A stretch of DNA of 64,000 bases from assembly GCF_009914755.1 (NCBI RefSeq), contig NC_060934.1. One strand, given 5' to 3'. Below, in pieces: positions 43,573-58,020 of this stretch. The translations under genes and the position numbers were made by a program. How positions within the stretch are numbered: position 1 is the first letter of the stretch; every line of letters starts with the position of its first letter. Source of the stretch: the human T2T-CHM13v2.0 reference genome, Homo sapiens. Under the pieces are notes generated by a model. It saw only the letters and a list, made by a program, of their open reading frames with translations, was not told the DNA's origin and did no database searches.

Positions 43573-44226
43573 CCAGGGGGACCTCCGTGTGAAGTGATAT
43601 CGCAGTGCTCTTTTACCTTTTTCTTTCGATATGAGATTTTTCATGTTTTTTAAAAATCACAGCAATATATGACTACAGTTTCATTGTAAAAATTAAAACA
43701 TTTCAGAATTATTTTAAAAGTCAGTCAGTTTTCTCCTTCTTTTCTTCCTGGGAAATCACAGATAAGAATTTGCTAAATGTTCTTACAAAACATCCCAAAT
43801 ATTTCAGAACATGCATTTACATCTGTGTGTGTGTGTGTGTGTGTTGTGTGCACACACTTACAGGTCTAGTTTCTTTTCCTTTAAACATATAGATATGACA
43901 TCATTCAGTCCATACTAAAATGCTATCTGACTTTTTCTACTTAGCACTATGTCTTGCAGATCTTAACATGCCATTGTATAATGTCTTGATCAAAATTTTT
44001 TAAATTGTTGCAGAATAGTTTACACAATATGGTGGTACCAAAATGCATAATTAATTTCCAAATTAATTAATTCCTAATTAATGCCCAAATCAATTTCCTT
44101 ATTAATATTTGTTTTTCATTCAATTTTGGGTTATTTCAATAGTTAACTTTTTAATGCAGATATTTACTTACAGAAGTGCAAGTATATTGATGAGATAGAC
44201 AGTTAAAAGTGAAATTGGTGGGTTAG

Positions 44227-44553
<327 letters not shown>

Positions 44554-45292
44554 TGAAAGTGAGTATCTTTTAAATTTTTCAAGGTGCTTATAGAAAGCAT
44601 GGATTCTCCATGTATTCCTGCCTGTTTCTCCACATCATCACCAGGAGATATTCTTTGTAATGTGAGGTCTGATTCTAGTGTTCAATCTGCCTTCCATGTT
44701 TTGAATGTCACCAATAAACCATGTGATGAATAAGCCTCTTCTCCCACTAACTGTCACGCACCCTCTACATTGTCACTTAAATAGATTATCACTTTCTAGG
44801 CAGGTCTTTTCTGATCCCTTGAACTAGGTTTCATCTCTGTAGGCTGCACTGCAGCCTACATTTATTTGCAGTTATGTAGGGATTGAATAATTTTTTAATA
44901 TTTCTCCTCTACCCTAGACTCTTAGTTTCACTCATTCATTCATTCTCATATTTGTTTTTTCATTCATTTCTTCAAAATACTGACTGACAAATTGAGTGCT
45001 GATGTAATGTAGAGGTTGGGAGACGGGACACTAAAAGAAACTTCTTTGGTTCAAAATCTAGCTTCACCCCTTATTAACTGCAAGTTATATTGCTTCTGTC
45101 CGCCTCTGTTAGTATTTTCCTCATAGGCTTGGGGTGATTATTAAATTGCAGCATGCACAAAAATCACTCAAAAGGGCAACTGACATACAGTAAGTGCTAA
45201 AAAAATTCTATGATGCCTTATTGTGTGCCAGGTGCAGAGGATCTGGAGGAAGAATATAAACCAAGAACTTCAAAAAAAAAGTATACCAGCTA

Positions 45293-45769
<477 letters not shown>

Positions 45770-46145
45770 TTAGCTAAGGAAACACCAAGTGCAATTGTCC
45801 TAGGGTAAGAGCAAAGCCTATGTGAAGGGAGAATGGGGAGAAAGGGGAGAGATCAGGTCTGGGTCCTCTTCACCATGGTCCCCGGTGCTTAGTACAGGGC
45901 ATAGCACTGTGTAGGTGCTCAGCAAGTTCTTAGAATAAATGATTGAGAAGTGGATGAAAGAATGAGTGGGGAAAGGAAGGGATGATCTGAATGGTTAAAG
46001 GCTTTCTTCTGCTCTCAGGCAGCATCTGTCTATTTTCATTCACTCTAGTCTTCTGGAGAATAAGCTGGTAGGCGTAGAGATGAGTGGGCATTTTGATCCA
46101 GTGGTATTGAAGACCCCTCAAATCACATGTGGCACCTATGGTAAG

Positions 46146-46283
46146 GCTAATTTTTATATTTTTAGTAGAGATGGGGTTTTATCATATTGGCCAGGCTGGT
46201 CTTGAACTCCTGACCTCAAGTGATCTGCCCATCTAGGCCTCCCAAAGTGCTGGGATTACAGGGGTGAGCAACTGTGCCTGTCC
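46146..46283 (-). mobile_element. Alu left arm plus linker only (right arm absent)
   Basis: ggctaatttttatatttttagtagagatgggg...gtgagcaactgtgcctgtcc, with no right arm or tail. Confidence 0.85.
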
Positions 46284-47527
46284 TAGTTATGCATTTTAAA
46301 TAATAAAGCGCAGCTTTGTGAAGAACCACAGGTATTGCTGTGTACTAGATTTCATAAAAATGTGTTTTCTTTTTCTTCTCAAATTATGTTGGGGTTTATA
46401 TATTAAGTCTCAACAAAAGCAAAACAGGATCCTCATGTAGCCCAAGAGCTGAAGCCTACAACATGCATGCTGGAGGCTGCCTTGGTCATGGTTATGGAAT
46501 GGGGTGGGACAGCGGTGGGCAGGGCAGGGCAGGGCTGTCATCCAATAAAAGAAGGGATCCTTATGGACCATGTGCCCAGAAAAGGTGACAATGGACATTC
46601 CAACCACCAAATTTAGTGAAATCATTTGCCCTGAACCAAGCTTAGAAGAGTCAGAGTCCAATCACCAGGCTTTTGCTTGTCACGTCAGGATGGCCAGAGG
46701 TTTCCACTCAATGTTATGTGTCCACCCGTGCACGAAGATAAGTGGCCATGTGCCCATAAACACACTCACTTCACAACGTCCTCACAGCCTGACCTCAGGT
46801 TCCATGTGATGGCCAAAGACAACAGAATAGGAATATTTAATACCCACAGAAAAAAGGAAGTAAGGTCCAAGTGAGCAGAAACAAGTCCCCAAGGCTGGTG
46901 AGATGAGATTAAACAAACATTATTAATATTGGATTAGCATTTTAGCTTTTCCAAACTGTTTTCAACCATGTACTATATTATTTATTATCATGTCCAGCCT
47001 CAAAGGAGACAAATAGCTTACTAGTAGCATAAGATCCTAGGTTAACATCCCTGGTTTTTCCTACTAGTCAATGTTGATGTTCTAATCACAAATTACAGTG
47101 CATTGGAACAACCAATCTTCAGAGCCACTTTAGTTTTCTAGGTAGTTTTATGGAAAAATTATATAATATATATATTTCTATGTTTCAGTTTATAAGAAAA
47201 TCCAATTTTATAAAAATATATTCCTTTCTTCATTAGTATATTCAAAAAATAGTTTTTGAAACAATTGCATGCCAGGGCAAAGATTAAAAAACAACCTGTT
47301 TTTGATATTTACAAAGCCTGAGTTAGTGGGCTGAAAATTCAAGAGGCTTTCATTGCTTTCCTGTTCACACTTATCAGCCTTTACAGTCTTTCTACCCTGT
47401 GGCTGGCTTTATGGAGAAGTCCTCAAAAGAAAACCCATCCCCTGGGGCTGGATCTGTCTGTGTTTCTCATGAAATCTCTAACACTAGGGTTGTCTTGTTC
47501 ATGAGACTTTCCAAATTTGATGGTAAG

Positions 47528-47541
47528 GTTGCCATGGCAAC
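47528..47541. promoter_or_regulatory. Perfect palindromic RFX X-box GTTGCCATGGCAAC
   Basis: Exact match to the optimal RFX consensus; function not shown. Confidence 0.6.
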
Positions 47542-48009
47542 TAGTGTAAATGGACAACTCTTGTGTCATGAGCAGTTGCCTGGAACACGTTTCTGACTTG
47601 GGACTGCCTCTGCCTCCCTGCAGCCATTGCCTTAGTAGGGCTTTGCAAGAACTTGGGTCTATACTCTAACCTCAATACAGGTCATATCTGAAGCCCCTGA
47701 CATATTGCAATTTCAGGACACAGTCCACGTGTGGCTGGTGTCTTCCAGCATCTTTACAACAGCTATTTATCAGCATCACCATAGGATGTGTCAATGGAAT
47801 GGGAGGCGTGTATGATGGTAGAATTATCATCTTCATGGAGGGGCGAAACAAAAAAGTTTTCTAGACTCATAGGACCCTGAAGAAGCAGAGACGAATATCA
47901 GTGAGGCTCATGTTTTCTTAGGCATTACCTTTTATAAGATGGGCTGCTCTAATAACACTACAGACAACTGTTCTTCCCAAAAGGTGGTAGGGAGTGGAGG
48001 AAGGGGCAT

Positions 48010-49390
48010 GGACAATCATTCACTTCACAATTATTTATTGAGTACCTGTGATGGGCCACAGTTCTAGATGTTGGAATATAAGGCGCTGGAGTCAGATGGT
48101 CTCCAGTTAGTATCTTGCTAACTGTGTGTGAACAAGAATGCTTTTTATAACTTGCTTAGTGCATTTCTGATGGAGGGAGAGAAAAGGTGTCCTAGAGTCT
48201 GTCTTGCATGGTGTCTTATACACAGGAGGTGCTCAACAAACATTACCAATGCCAAGGATGACAGTAGGGAACAGCAGATGGAGGTACAAAAAGCAATGGG
48301 TTTTAAACCAGGAGGCTTCAGGACCCCAGGCAAGTTACTTTTGCCTCTCCAAACTTGCTTCATTTTATAAAATGGGAATGGTAATGTCTCCCTTGCACGG
48401 TTATTGTGAGAATTCAGTAAGATGATGTCCATGAAAGGGGTTAGTGTAGAATGGGGTGTAGGAGGGGAGGGTGGAGGAGCAGCAGGGGCCGGATCATGCA
48501 GGCCATGTTGGGCATGCTTGCTATTTTGGACTTTCTCCTAAAAGCACTAGGGAGCTTTTAGGAGCTCCTAGAGGGTTCCAAGTGACAGAGGGAAGGGAGC
48601 TTTGTCTTTCTGGAAGTACCCTCTGGCTATAGCCTGGAACTGGGGAGGACAGCCAGCAGGCTTTTGCCATAATGCAAATGAGTCATGATCATGACCTCTG
48701 TAAAGAAAGCGTGGCTGGAAATGGAGAGCGGTGGGCACAGTCAAGCGACTGGAATGTAGGATTTGCAGAAGGCAGTGTCTGCTACTTATGGATGGGAGAT
48801 GTGGGGCCGGCTCTTCAAATGCCGAGGAGTCAAGAGACACTCTGATTTCTGGCTTATGCGACTAGGTAGGAAATGGTGCCTCCAAACTGAGATGATGAAT
48901 GACAGGAGGAGGAATGTGTCTGTGGGACAAGACAGCTCAAGAGTTGAGCTTTGGACACAGAGTGTGAGGGGCCTGTGGTCAACCCAAGCAGGGTGTCTAG
49001 GCACTCACACCCAGCTAATACCTGAGTGTTTTGGTCAGGGGCACATGTGTGAGTGAGACAGATCTGGACCCACTAGAGTTTCTATTCTAGTGTGGGAGAC
49101 ATGTAGCTAACATGTGGTCAGCAAGTGAATAGGATAAAGAGGTTCTAGTGCTTGACAGGACCTAGTGTGGGTGGGTGGGTGCTGGCATAACTTTATACAG
49201 GATGGTCAGGGAAGGCCTCTTTTGGGAGGCAGCATTTAAAATCAGACTGAAGGACGAAAGACCTTGGGCAAGCCACATCATCCTCTGGAGCCTCAGTTTC
49301 AACATCTTTAGATGGGGACAACAGTGCTTTTCTTACAGATCAAAGGCTACTGTACATCAAAGCAACTTGAAGCTATATAAATGGGAGGAG
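48010..49390. mobile_element. Interleaved L2 and MIR fragments
   Basis: tatttattgagtacctgtga, ggtcagggaaggcctct, gagcctcagtttcaacatc. Confidence 0.55.
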
Positions 49391-49699
49391 TTGTTCTTGG
49401 ATAACACCTCCTTGGAGGCTTGGAAAGGTTTGGGCTCTGTCCTGGCATCTCTGTTGGCATCCAGAAGGAGAGGGTGTGCTTACTGCCCAGAAGTTTTCTT
49501 AGAATCAGGGGTCCTGTCCTCATGCTTAGATTCTTGGCCCCCTAAACTCCTCCAGGACTCAAGGGTAGAGGGAGGGCGTAGACTGCACTGTGCTTTGTGG
49601 CCACAAGAGGGCTCACGGCTCATAGACTTTGCATCCAATAAATCTTCCAGGTTGGCTCTTGACAGTTTCATTGAATGGGGCCCCATCCTGCAATGTTGG

Positions 49700-50020
49700 A
49701 GATTGCTATTTAATTATGCACGATCATTGGACAATTATGAGCACTTCTATAATAGCTCAACATTAATTTTAGCATCTTAATTTTATAAATGTTTAAATGT
49801 GTTGCTCATGCAGAGCTATTCAAATGCAGATGATTAAATCAAATTACTGCGTTTATAATTTTCTAGAGGTTTTTCCTTGGAAATTAAATCTCATCATTAA
49901 AAGTTTCCCTTTGTTGTCACCCTTGGTCAGCCGCTTGGTTCTTAGTCACAGTGCTAATTGTGCTCTCTCCGTAATGTGCACATTCTGCCTTGGTTTCAGC
50001 TGCCAGATTCTTTAAGCACT
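49700..50020. promoter_or_regulatory. Candidate conserved non-coding enhancer-like block
   Basis: Unique sequence dense in TAAT/ATTA, TGATTAAATCA and TTTATAA motifs; inference only. Confidence 0.35.
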
Positions 50021-51399
50021 CAGTATGTTCATAGCATCCTGCTTAGTGACTCATTGTCTGACCTTCCAGTGACAAATTGGAAATAAGCAAAAAGATGAAC
50101 CTGCAACATAGGAGAGCTTTGGGAGCTTGGCAAAGTGGATCACTGCCATAGTGTTTACACCGTGATCTTCAGGTCATCACAAGTGTAGACAAGGAAATTT
50201 GGATGCAGGTCCAACCCTCGCTCAGATGAAAAAGAAAGTATTACAGTCTCGGGGACTTCTTCTGTGGATATGAGATCAGCAGACAGGCATGAATTTCCCC
50301 TACTCTCCAGCACCTTCCCCTATTACAGTTCCTCCGCGTGTCACTCAAAGAGCAATGTGCTCACAGGGGTCACGAGGCAGAGGTGTTTGCAGCCTGCTGA
50401 CTCCAGGAGCATTTGGTCATCCTTGTCGACCACTGCTCATCTATCACTTATAATAAGAACCTTGTCATCTGGATGACATTGGACCTCAAGGTTTTGGAGT
50501 CTTTCTGAGTGAAGGAGAATTTGTCACAAGGCTGATGACAACTCCCAAGGAAAAAGTCTTTAAAGCTAAAATATCTAATGAGACGGAAGGCATGTTGGTT
50601 CCCTTCTCTCTTGGACACCTTTCTAGCTGTTTGTGTACTATGGCATGCAGGCTAGCTGGTCATCAGGATCTCAGCTAAACTTGCACAGGAGCATCTTTGT
50701 TCAAGCTGCCATGGATGCTGTGGGTTCTGGAGGAGAAGGGATAGGATAATTAATCTTGTGTTGTGTGACTCTTGATGGCAGAAAGGATTCTGCCAGAGAT
50801 TCTAGAAGCTCAATGGGACATGGACCCTGGCTCAATCTGATGCCCCACCTGGGGGTGTGGCATACCAATGAGGGTATACTGAGCAGTCACTCAAAGCCAT
50901 GGTAGCAGAATCAGGGACAGGTCACAGTTAAGTGCGCAGGGATAGTGTCCTAACTGAACTGTTTTTTGGGTGTGACCATGATGCAATTTCTGCTGCTTTG
51001 TTCTCACTTGTTCTTGCCTGCTTTTGCTTTTTAAGTCTGGTTCTTTGTCTTTTCTATCACTGATAGAAATCCATCCAAAAAACTGCTTGTCTACTTAAGG
51101 TAGTTAGATCTGGCTTCTCTTCCTTACAACCAAGACTCCTGATGTAGCTCTTGCTATAGCAGCTCATCTTCTTCAGGTCTCAATTTTTTTTCCCCCTTTG
51201 TAATTGAGTTTTCTTTTTCTGCACCTGCCTCAAGCCTCAGGGCAGCTCCATCCTCTTTATCTCATGCAAACAATCTCCTGAACCTGAAACCATAACATTT
51301 TCTCAACATTTGAGGAACTTTCCTGACTAATTCCTGACTCTTTCTGGATATCTGTTCATCCTCAGGCCTCTGTACCTTTGTAGTATTGTTGGTCTTTCT

Positions 51400-51665
51400 T
51401 CCTACAAGGACATTGCTTAAAAGGGTGGATTTTCAAGTCAGAGTGCCTGGGTTCAACTCCAGGCTCTGCTGTTTGCTTCTGTATGACTTAGGACCCGATT
51501 CTTAATTTCTTCATGCCTCAAATTCCTCATCTGAAAAAGGGGCATCATAATAATATGTAGTTCATGAAGTCGTGATAAGGGTTAAATTCATGAAGCTACG
51601 TGAAGTGCTGAGGACAATGCTTGACACATAGTGAGTACTCAATAACAATAGCTATTTTTATTAAT
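51400..51665 (+). mobile_element. MIR (near full length)
   Basis: gtcagagtgcctgggttcaactccaggctctgc...gacacatagtgagtactcaataa. Confidence 0.8.
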
Positions 51666-52640
51666 GCCTTGTTGACTTGTTATGTGGATTAATTAAGATT
51701 CCTGGCACATATTAGGTACTCAGTTGTTGTTCATTTTTGTCTCATCTTCTATCAGATGGACTCTTTCTCATCTTTCACATCTTCTCAAGTCACCTCTGTG
51801 CCAGGTGTCCTGATCTTACCTGCCTTTGGTTGACTTAGCCCAAAGGAGCAAGTAGGAGTAAGATTAAAGATATGTGATCTGGGGGTAGAATTTCAGGTGA
51901 GAGAGAGAAAAAAATCTGCCTATCAACTTGGGCTCCCCTGGGATGATGGCATTTCTATTTGGATAGCCCTCTGATTACATTTTAATGGAGAAAATCAATT
52001 AGCAGGTCCTTGTTGTGCTACTATTGTAGGATCAAACCCCAGTCCTCAGAGTGCACCACTTGTTTTCTGGATTTTGTTTGTTTCTTTTATTTCTTCAGGC
52101 TTCTTTTTCTTTTTTCTTTTTCCTCTCCTTTGGTTTTAGTAAAGCTTGGATTACAAAACTCCAGCCTGCATGGGGGAACATTAAGGAAACGAGAGTTACA
52201 CATTTTAAAGGCAGGGCATGGGGGCTGCAAGAGGTGAGGGGCCTTGGAGAGGGGGTGGGGTGGAAGAAGAGCTGAGATCTGCCTAGGAGTGGTCCACCCT
52301 TCTTACTCTTCCCTGCCCCTATCCTGCCTGTTCTCCTTGCCACCCCGTTTCCCTCCCCAACTCTTTCTCTTCCTATCTTTCCTTAGTTGAGAAGAATCTG
52401 GCTGGAAATACCTAGTGAAAGGACCATTTCTGCATTCTAGGGATCTTCAGAGAGAGGAATGTAGATGTTTCTAGTTAGTAGTAGGCTAGTGGGAGGAAGA
52501 GTTTGAGTAGGCAGTCACATATTTTGAACAAGATGGATTCAGTCTACAATCCTTGCCTAGTTACCCTCTGAGCTGCCGAGCTGGAATACCTCTTCCTGTC
52601 TTAGAATTCTCATCTGTGACTCACTGACAATCTTTTTCCG

Positions 52641-52940
52641 TTTTTTGTTTTTTTTTGAGACAGAGTCTTGTTCTGTCACCCAGGCTGGAGTGCAGTGGTG
52701 TGATCTCGGCTCACTGCAACTCCACCTCCTGAGTTCAAGTGATTCTACTGCCTCAGCCTCCCAAGTAGCTGGGATTGCAGGTGTGACCCACCAGGCCCAG
52801 CTAATTTTTGTATTTTTTTTAGTAGAGATGGAGTTTCATCATATTGGCCAGGCTGGTCTTGAACTCCTGACCCCCAGCGATCCACCCACCTCAGCCTCCC
52901 GAAGTGCTGCGATTACAGGCATGAGCCACCATGCTTGGCC
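52641..52940 (-). mobile_element. AluS (Sx-like)
   Basis: Full antisense dimer; TSD about tctttttcc/tccttttcc. Confidence 0.92.
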
Positions 52941-52984
52941 TCCTTTTCCTTTTAAAATACTTCTCATCAAGTGCTGTTGCACCA

Positions 52985-53470
52985 ATAATGATGGTAAGAG
53001 TAATGATACCAGTGACAAACATATCTTGAGTGTTTGTCATATACTATGCACTGTTCAGCCTTTGCATGCATTATTAATTTACTGGGTAACACCCTATATA
53101 TCAGGTCTTATCGTTCCTATTTTGCAGAAAAGGAAACTGAGATTTACAGAGGTTAAATGACTTGCCGAAGGTCACATAAGCAGTAAATTGTAGAGGCAGG
53201 ATTTGATTCCATATAAGCTCTTAAAAATCTAACTCATGACAAGAAATTTCCATGAAATTTTTACTATGGTTGTGTACTAGGTTTGCCTATTTTTTAAAGA
53301 CCAGATTTTTTGAACTTGAAGGTCTTTATTCAAACACAGATTGCTGGGCCCTATTTCACAGTTTCTAATTTAGTAGGCCTAGGGTGGCTCAGAGAATATG
53401 GATTTCTAAAGAGTTCTTGGGTGATGCCCATCCTACTGGTCCAGAGACCTCAAGTTAAGAACCACCATCC
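52985..53470. mobile_element. MIR (antisense) followed by MER5A-like hAT MITE (about 53300-53470)
   Basis: ggaaactgagatttacagaggttaaatgacttgcc; acagattgctgggccc...agaaccacc. Confidence 0.7.
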
Positions 53471-54029
53471 TAGATCCCTATTAACTGCTGATCGTGTGTT
53501 GATTGGAAATATTCAACCATAAAGGCTTGGTTAATTTAGACCCAACTTATAGGGATTTTCTAATCATGTGACTAGGGCTAAGACAGTTTGTGCAAAAAAA
53601 GATAAGATCTTTCCAACAAAGCATCAGCACACAGGGTTATCAAGAAGAGGTTGAAACTATGAGAAAACAAACTGCCCTCTGACACTTATGGCACAAAAGT
53701 GATAATTTATCAGCACATTTTCTCCCTAACAGGTACCATAAATTGTGCTCTGTTGTGGTGTTAAATAACATTGACCCACAAAATAAGAAAGTTACTCACT
53801 TTGCAGTTCTCTTTCAGTTCCAATTATGTCAATGAGAAGGCATCAGTTTTGTGCTATTTCCTTTAATGCCTCTAAAAACACTCCTTAATCTCCCCTTCAA
53901 CAAACAGAAAGTAAGACTCAGGATAGGCAACAGTAACCAGAATTTAATACATTGTTTGTTTTTATTGATATGCTTTATTTTGCCATTAACTTATATATAC
54001 CCCATATAAACAGCTTGACACAAATTAGG

Positions 54030-54245
54030 AAGACAGACTGCCTTGGCTCTGCCATTTACCAGCTGTGCAACTGTGGGCAAAGTTCTCAACCTCTCTGTGT
54101 TTCAGTTGCCTCACTTAAAAAATGAAGATAAAAACAACCTCTGCTTCAATATTGTTATAAAGATTAAAAGAGTTAATATTTATAAGACCCCTAGAAGACT
54201 GTCTGGAATATAGAAAGTACTACATAAGTACTTGTAAATAAATAC
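54030..54245 (+). mobile_element. MIR
   Basis: ggctctgccatttaccagctgtg...aacctctctgtgtttcagtt. Confidence 0.75.
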
Positions 54246-55772
54246 AAGTACATGTATTTTTATATAAGTAAATAATTCACTGAAGTATGAAAAATACTGT
54301 CTTAAAAGCAATGAAAGAGCAGAGATGGTGTTCTGGCAATCTGAGGCTGTCCTTGCCCCACCCCAGCCCATTCAGACATTGCAAATCCATGAAGGCAAGT
54401 TTCTGATTCAGCTGTCAGAAGTCACTGGCCACAGCCCTCCAGGTAGCCACAAGCAATGGTTAAAAGTTACTTAAGACCAAGATCTGTTTACAGTTTACAG
54501 ACACTGGTTTGGCTACCCAGGGCATCTGGGGCAGGGGCTGTGGTTGAGTGAGGGATGGACCTTGATGGCTCCAGGCAGGGCAACCCCCACAGTGGTGAGA
54601 CCCATCAGAGAGTACCACTGAGGTTCCAGCACCAGATTGGCTATCATCCAATGGCCGATTGTCTTCATGACCATGACCAGATTGTCTTCATCCACTCAGT
54701 GTCCTTAGGGGAACAGTGATCCGCTCTCCCCTTCAAAGCCAACCAATGTTGAGTCTAAGGATATGGGAAGGATATTGGAAATGAGGATATTGGGGTCATG
54801 AGGGAGAATGGATGCGGCATCCATGATGGGGACGGGGGGGCTATGCAGTCAGACAGGCACTGAGCCCCATGTCTCTGCTCCTCACAAGCCAGCCTTTGAT
54901 TCAAGACTCAAAAATGAACTTAGTTTTCTCCATGAGCTTGCCTCAGTCAGGCCTTCCCGTAGTTACTGGGGACCTTATTTAATAAAAAGCAGACCCAGGC
55001 CTGCATTCCCAGAGATTCTGATTCAGCAGGATGTCTGCATTTTTATTAAGCACATTAGTGATTCTGATGCTGATAGTTCACGGGATACACTTTCGGGAAT
55101 CCTGCTTCCGTTTCTTTTTAAAGGAGAATGTTCCTTTGTTTTTACTGCTTTAGTATCATCTGTGTAACTCTTTGCTGCAGCAACAGTCTCTTTTGACAGG
55201 AAGAAAGTGAAAAATGCTGCCAGATCGAGATGAGTGATGGTGTTGCAAAGAAGGATGAATTTATAATACAGAGAGCTTCAAAGACATTAAGTCACTTTCC
55301 CTGTTTGATCTTTTTCATTCTTTGCACATTATGAAAAATTATATAAATTGTTCTTAAGTTATGAGCATAATATTATATGTGCCTAAAATCTTTGGCTAAA
55401 ATGAATCAGAACTTTTAGTTTTCTATATTAAGAAAAGAACCCAATATGAGTTTCTTTGCCAGATTCTTTAAAATAGGAAGCCTAGAGTATTATGCTATTA
55501 TAAACTGGTCTTTTAAAAAAATTTTTTTCTCCCAACTTCTTACATCCAGTGGAATGTCTACTCCATGGGGCTTCTGACATAGAATAGTCAGTTGCCAAGA
55601 AATAACGCGTTGTCAGCCAGAGAAAACAAGAAGGTGAAAAATGCAAGCGGGAAAGCAGGGTATGATTACAATAGTCAACAATGTGAGCTCTGAGGGTTGC
55701 TGTGGATCATTGCTGTGCTTGGGGCCTTGGTCAATGTAAAGACATCAAGATGGGAAATCCCTCCAGTAGGGA

Positions 55773-56140
55773 TTTTTTTGTATTGTGGTGATACATATAA
55801 AATAACATTTATCATTTTAACAATTTCTAAATGTACAGTTTTATGGGAGTAATCACATCCGTAGTGTGTAACTTTCCACCATCCATCTCCCAGTCTGAAA
55901 CTCCAGACCCATTAAACACTAACTCCTCATTCTCCCATCTCCTCTCCCCTGGTAGCCATCATTCTACTCCCTGTGTCTATGAATTTGACTAGTCTAGGTA
56001 CCTCATATATATGGAATCATGCAATACTTATCCTTTTGTGATTTGGCTTCTTTCACTTACCATAATGTCTTCAAAGTTCGCCCACGTTGCTGCATATGTC
56101 AGGATTTCCTTCCTTTTTAAGGTTGATTGATATTTCATTG
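55773..56140 (-). mobile_element. L1MB-like 3' end fragment
   Basis: ccattctactccctgtgtctatgaatttgactagtctaggtacctcatat. Confidence 0.85.
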
Positions 56141-56168
56141 TATGTGTGTGTGTGTGTGTGTGTGTATG

Positions 56169-56199
<31 letters not shown>

Positions 56200-56213
56200 A
56201 TATATATATATAC
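56139..56213 (+). repeat. Compound (TG)n(TA)n(TG)n(TA)n microsatellite
   Basis: Directly visible at the L1 truncation point. Confidence 0.95.
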
Positions 56214-57799
56214 ATAAAACTTCTTTCTCACCTCCCCCTTCCCAGTCTGTTCTGATATTCTAGAGCTGGCAAGTGGCTGTTGGGTTGCTTGAGTGACACT
56301 CAGCAGGAGACGAGCTGAGCGAATGGTTAAACTCCCAGAATCACTGGCTAAGCTCTTAACATTTCTGGAATTTTCTCATGTAGTTCATTGATTTAGAAGT
56401 CCTCACATGGACTCTTACAAGTAGAAGTTTAACACATCCTGTAGGTGATTTTTTTTTCAAATTTCAGTTGATTGAGACCTAAAAATTCCATTGGATGATT
56501 TGAAACCACAGAAGAGGATGATTCTGTTGATGCTGATGGGATTGGAGAGGGTAATATTATTGTCAGCTTCAGGCTTTTGCATTAAATGTTGCTCCCTGTG
56601 TGTTCCAATTGCTTTGTTTCCAGTGAGTAATCTTAGGGTCGGCTAAACCAAGGTAGAGTGGAAGAGACCTCCTGGTGAATCCTGTTTGATGTTCAAGTAA
56701 GAGGCATAGGGTGCAGGCTTATCATTTGACCGATTTATAATGCTATGGATATGAGAGTCACTAGGTAGTGATGACCTGCACCCTAGAGGCAGGGCTTGTT
56801 ATTGAGCAATTCATAGAAATTCCACCCCTGCCCCATGCCACTTAATCTGTAGGAACAAGAAGTCAGATGAGAACGGTAGTATTGTATACATCCCATTTTC
56901 AAGGCTGTGTCTCAAAGGAATCATTGTTGATCTGCTCCCTTTGAAGGGTGGGCTTGCAAAGTTGTAGAACTCTCTGGAAGAGTGGCGGGTAGTCAGAACA
57001 GAGCACCTGCTTCAGAGGAGACATTTTTTCCTTCTGGTTCTGACCCCCGCAGCTGTCTGAACCTCACTCCTCTCTTTAAAACTGGCCTGCAGAAGCCCTC
57101 CCATGGAGTGCCTCCCAGGAGGCTAGGCTGTTTCTGAATACAGTTTTTGAAAACGGCTTTGAAGATAAAAGGAGGTGTGTTCTGTTCATGCCACTTCCCC
57201 CCTTAATTTAATCTGGTCTTGCAGCCTCCCCCTAAAACCAGCCTTCCCTCCCATGACAGCGATTCTAGGAACTGTGGGGCCGGAGAAACCTGCAGTACGG
57301 GCTTCAGCCCTCCTCCTGGAGTGGGACTTTGCCAATGCACCACAAGGATCCCCTCTGCAGGCCCTTCAGCCACATCTGCTCTCTAGTTCTGAAACCAGTC
57401 CAGCTGGCTTAGAGCTTCTGTAATGAGGAAGGTAACACTTCATTTGCCCAGCACTGCCAAGAAATGGATAATCCAGATCATTGAAATAGACTCTTCCGAA
57501 GCACAAACCTGAACGTCTCTTATGATTCTTGTGGGAACTCTTTCAGAAACCACATCATATCCTGTTCCTTTTAAAAGAGGAGGTGTTGAACACTACTTAA
57601 CCTTTGCACGATCACTTGCATTGCGTACTCATCATTAGGCCATGCAGCATTGCAGTGAGATTGCCCGTCGTCCCTGCGTGCTGAGACACAGCTGCCGCAT
57701 GTCTGTCTGGCATTTTTTGTTTCAATCTGCATGGGAGAGAAAGATGGAATAACCAATTAGTTAGCATTACACATGAGAACAAATAAAACTGATGGTGGA

Positions 57800-58020
57800 G
57801 TGATGAAACAGCAAGGATTCTGAGGTCAGATGGCTCCAGGTTTGATGCTGAAGCTATAGTTTATAAGATGGCATCAGGGGCTAATTATTTAACCTCTCCA
57901 AGCCTCAGTTTCCTCATCTGTAAAATGGGAATAGAAATAGCACCTTTTTCATGGATTGGTGCGAGGATCACGTGAGGTAATATAGATAAGGCGCCTGGCA
58001 CACAGCATTGCTAGCTGTCA
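57800..58020 (+). mobile_element. MIR
   Basis: agcctcagtttcctcatctgtaaaatgggaata. Confidence 0.8.

Noticed and set aside
44040-44110. Repeated TAATTAAT motifs
   Set aside because: AT-rich slippage inside a decayed L1, with no sign of function
49175-49780. 201-aa ORF
   Set aside because: It begins in L2/MIR sequence with a GTG start and has no recognisable domain
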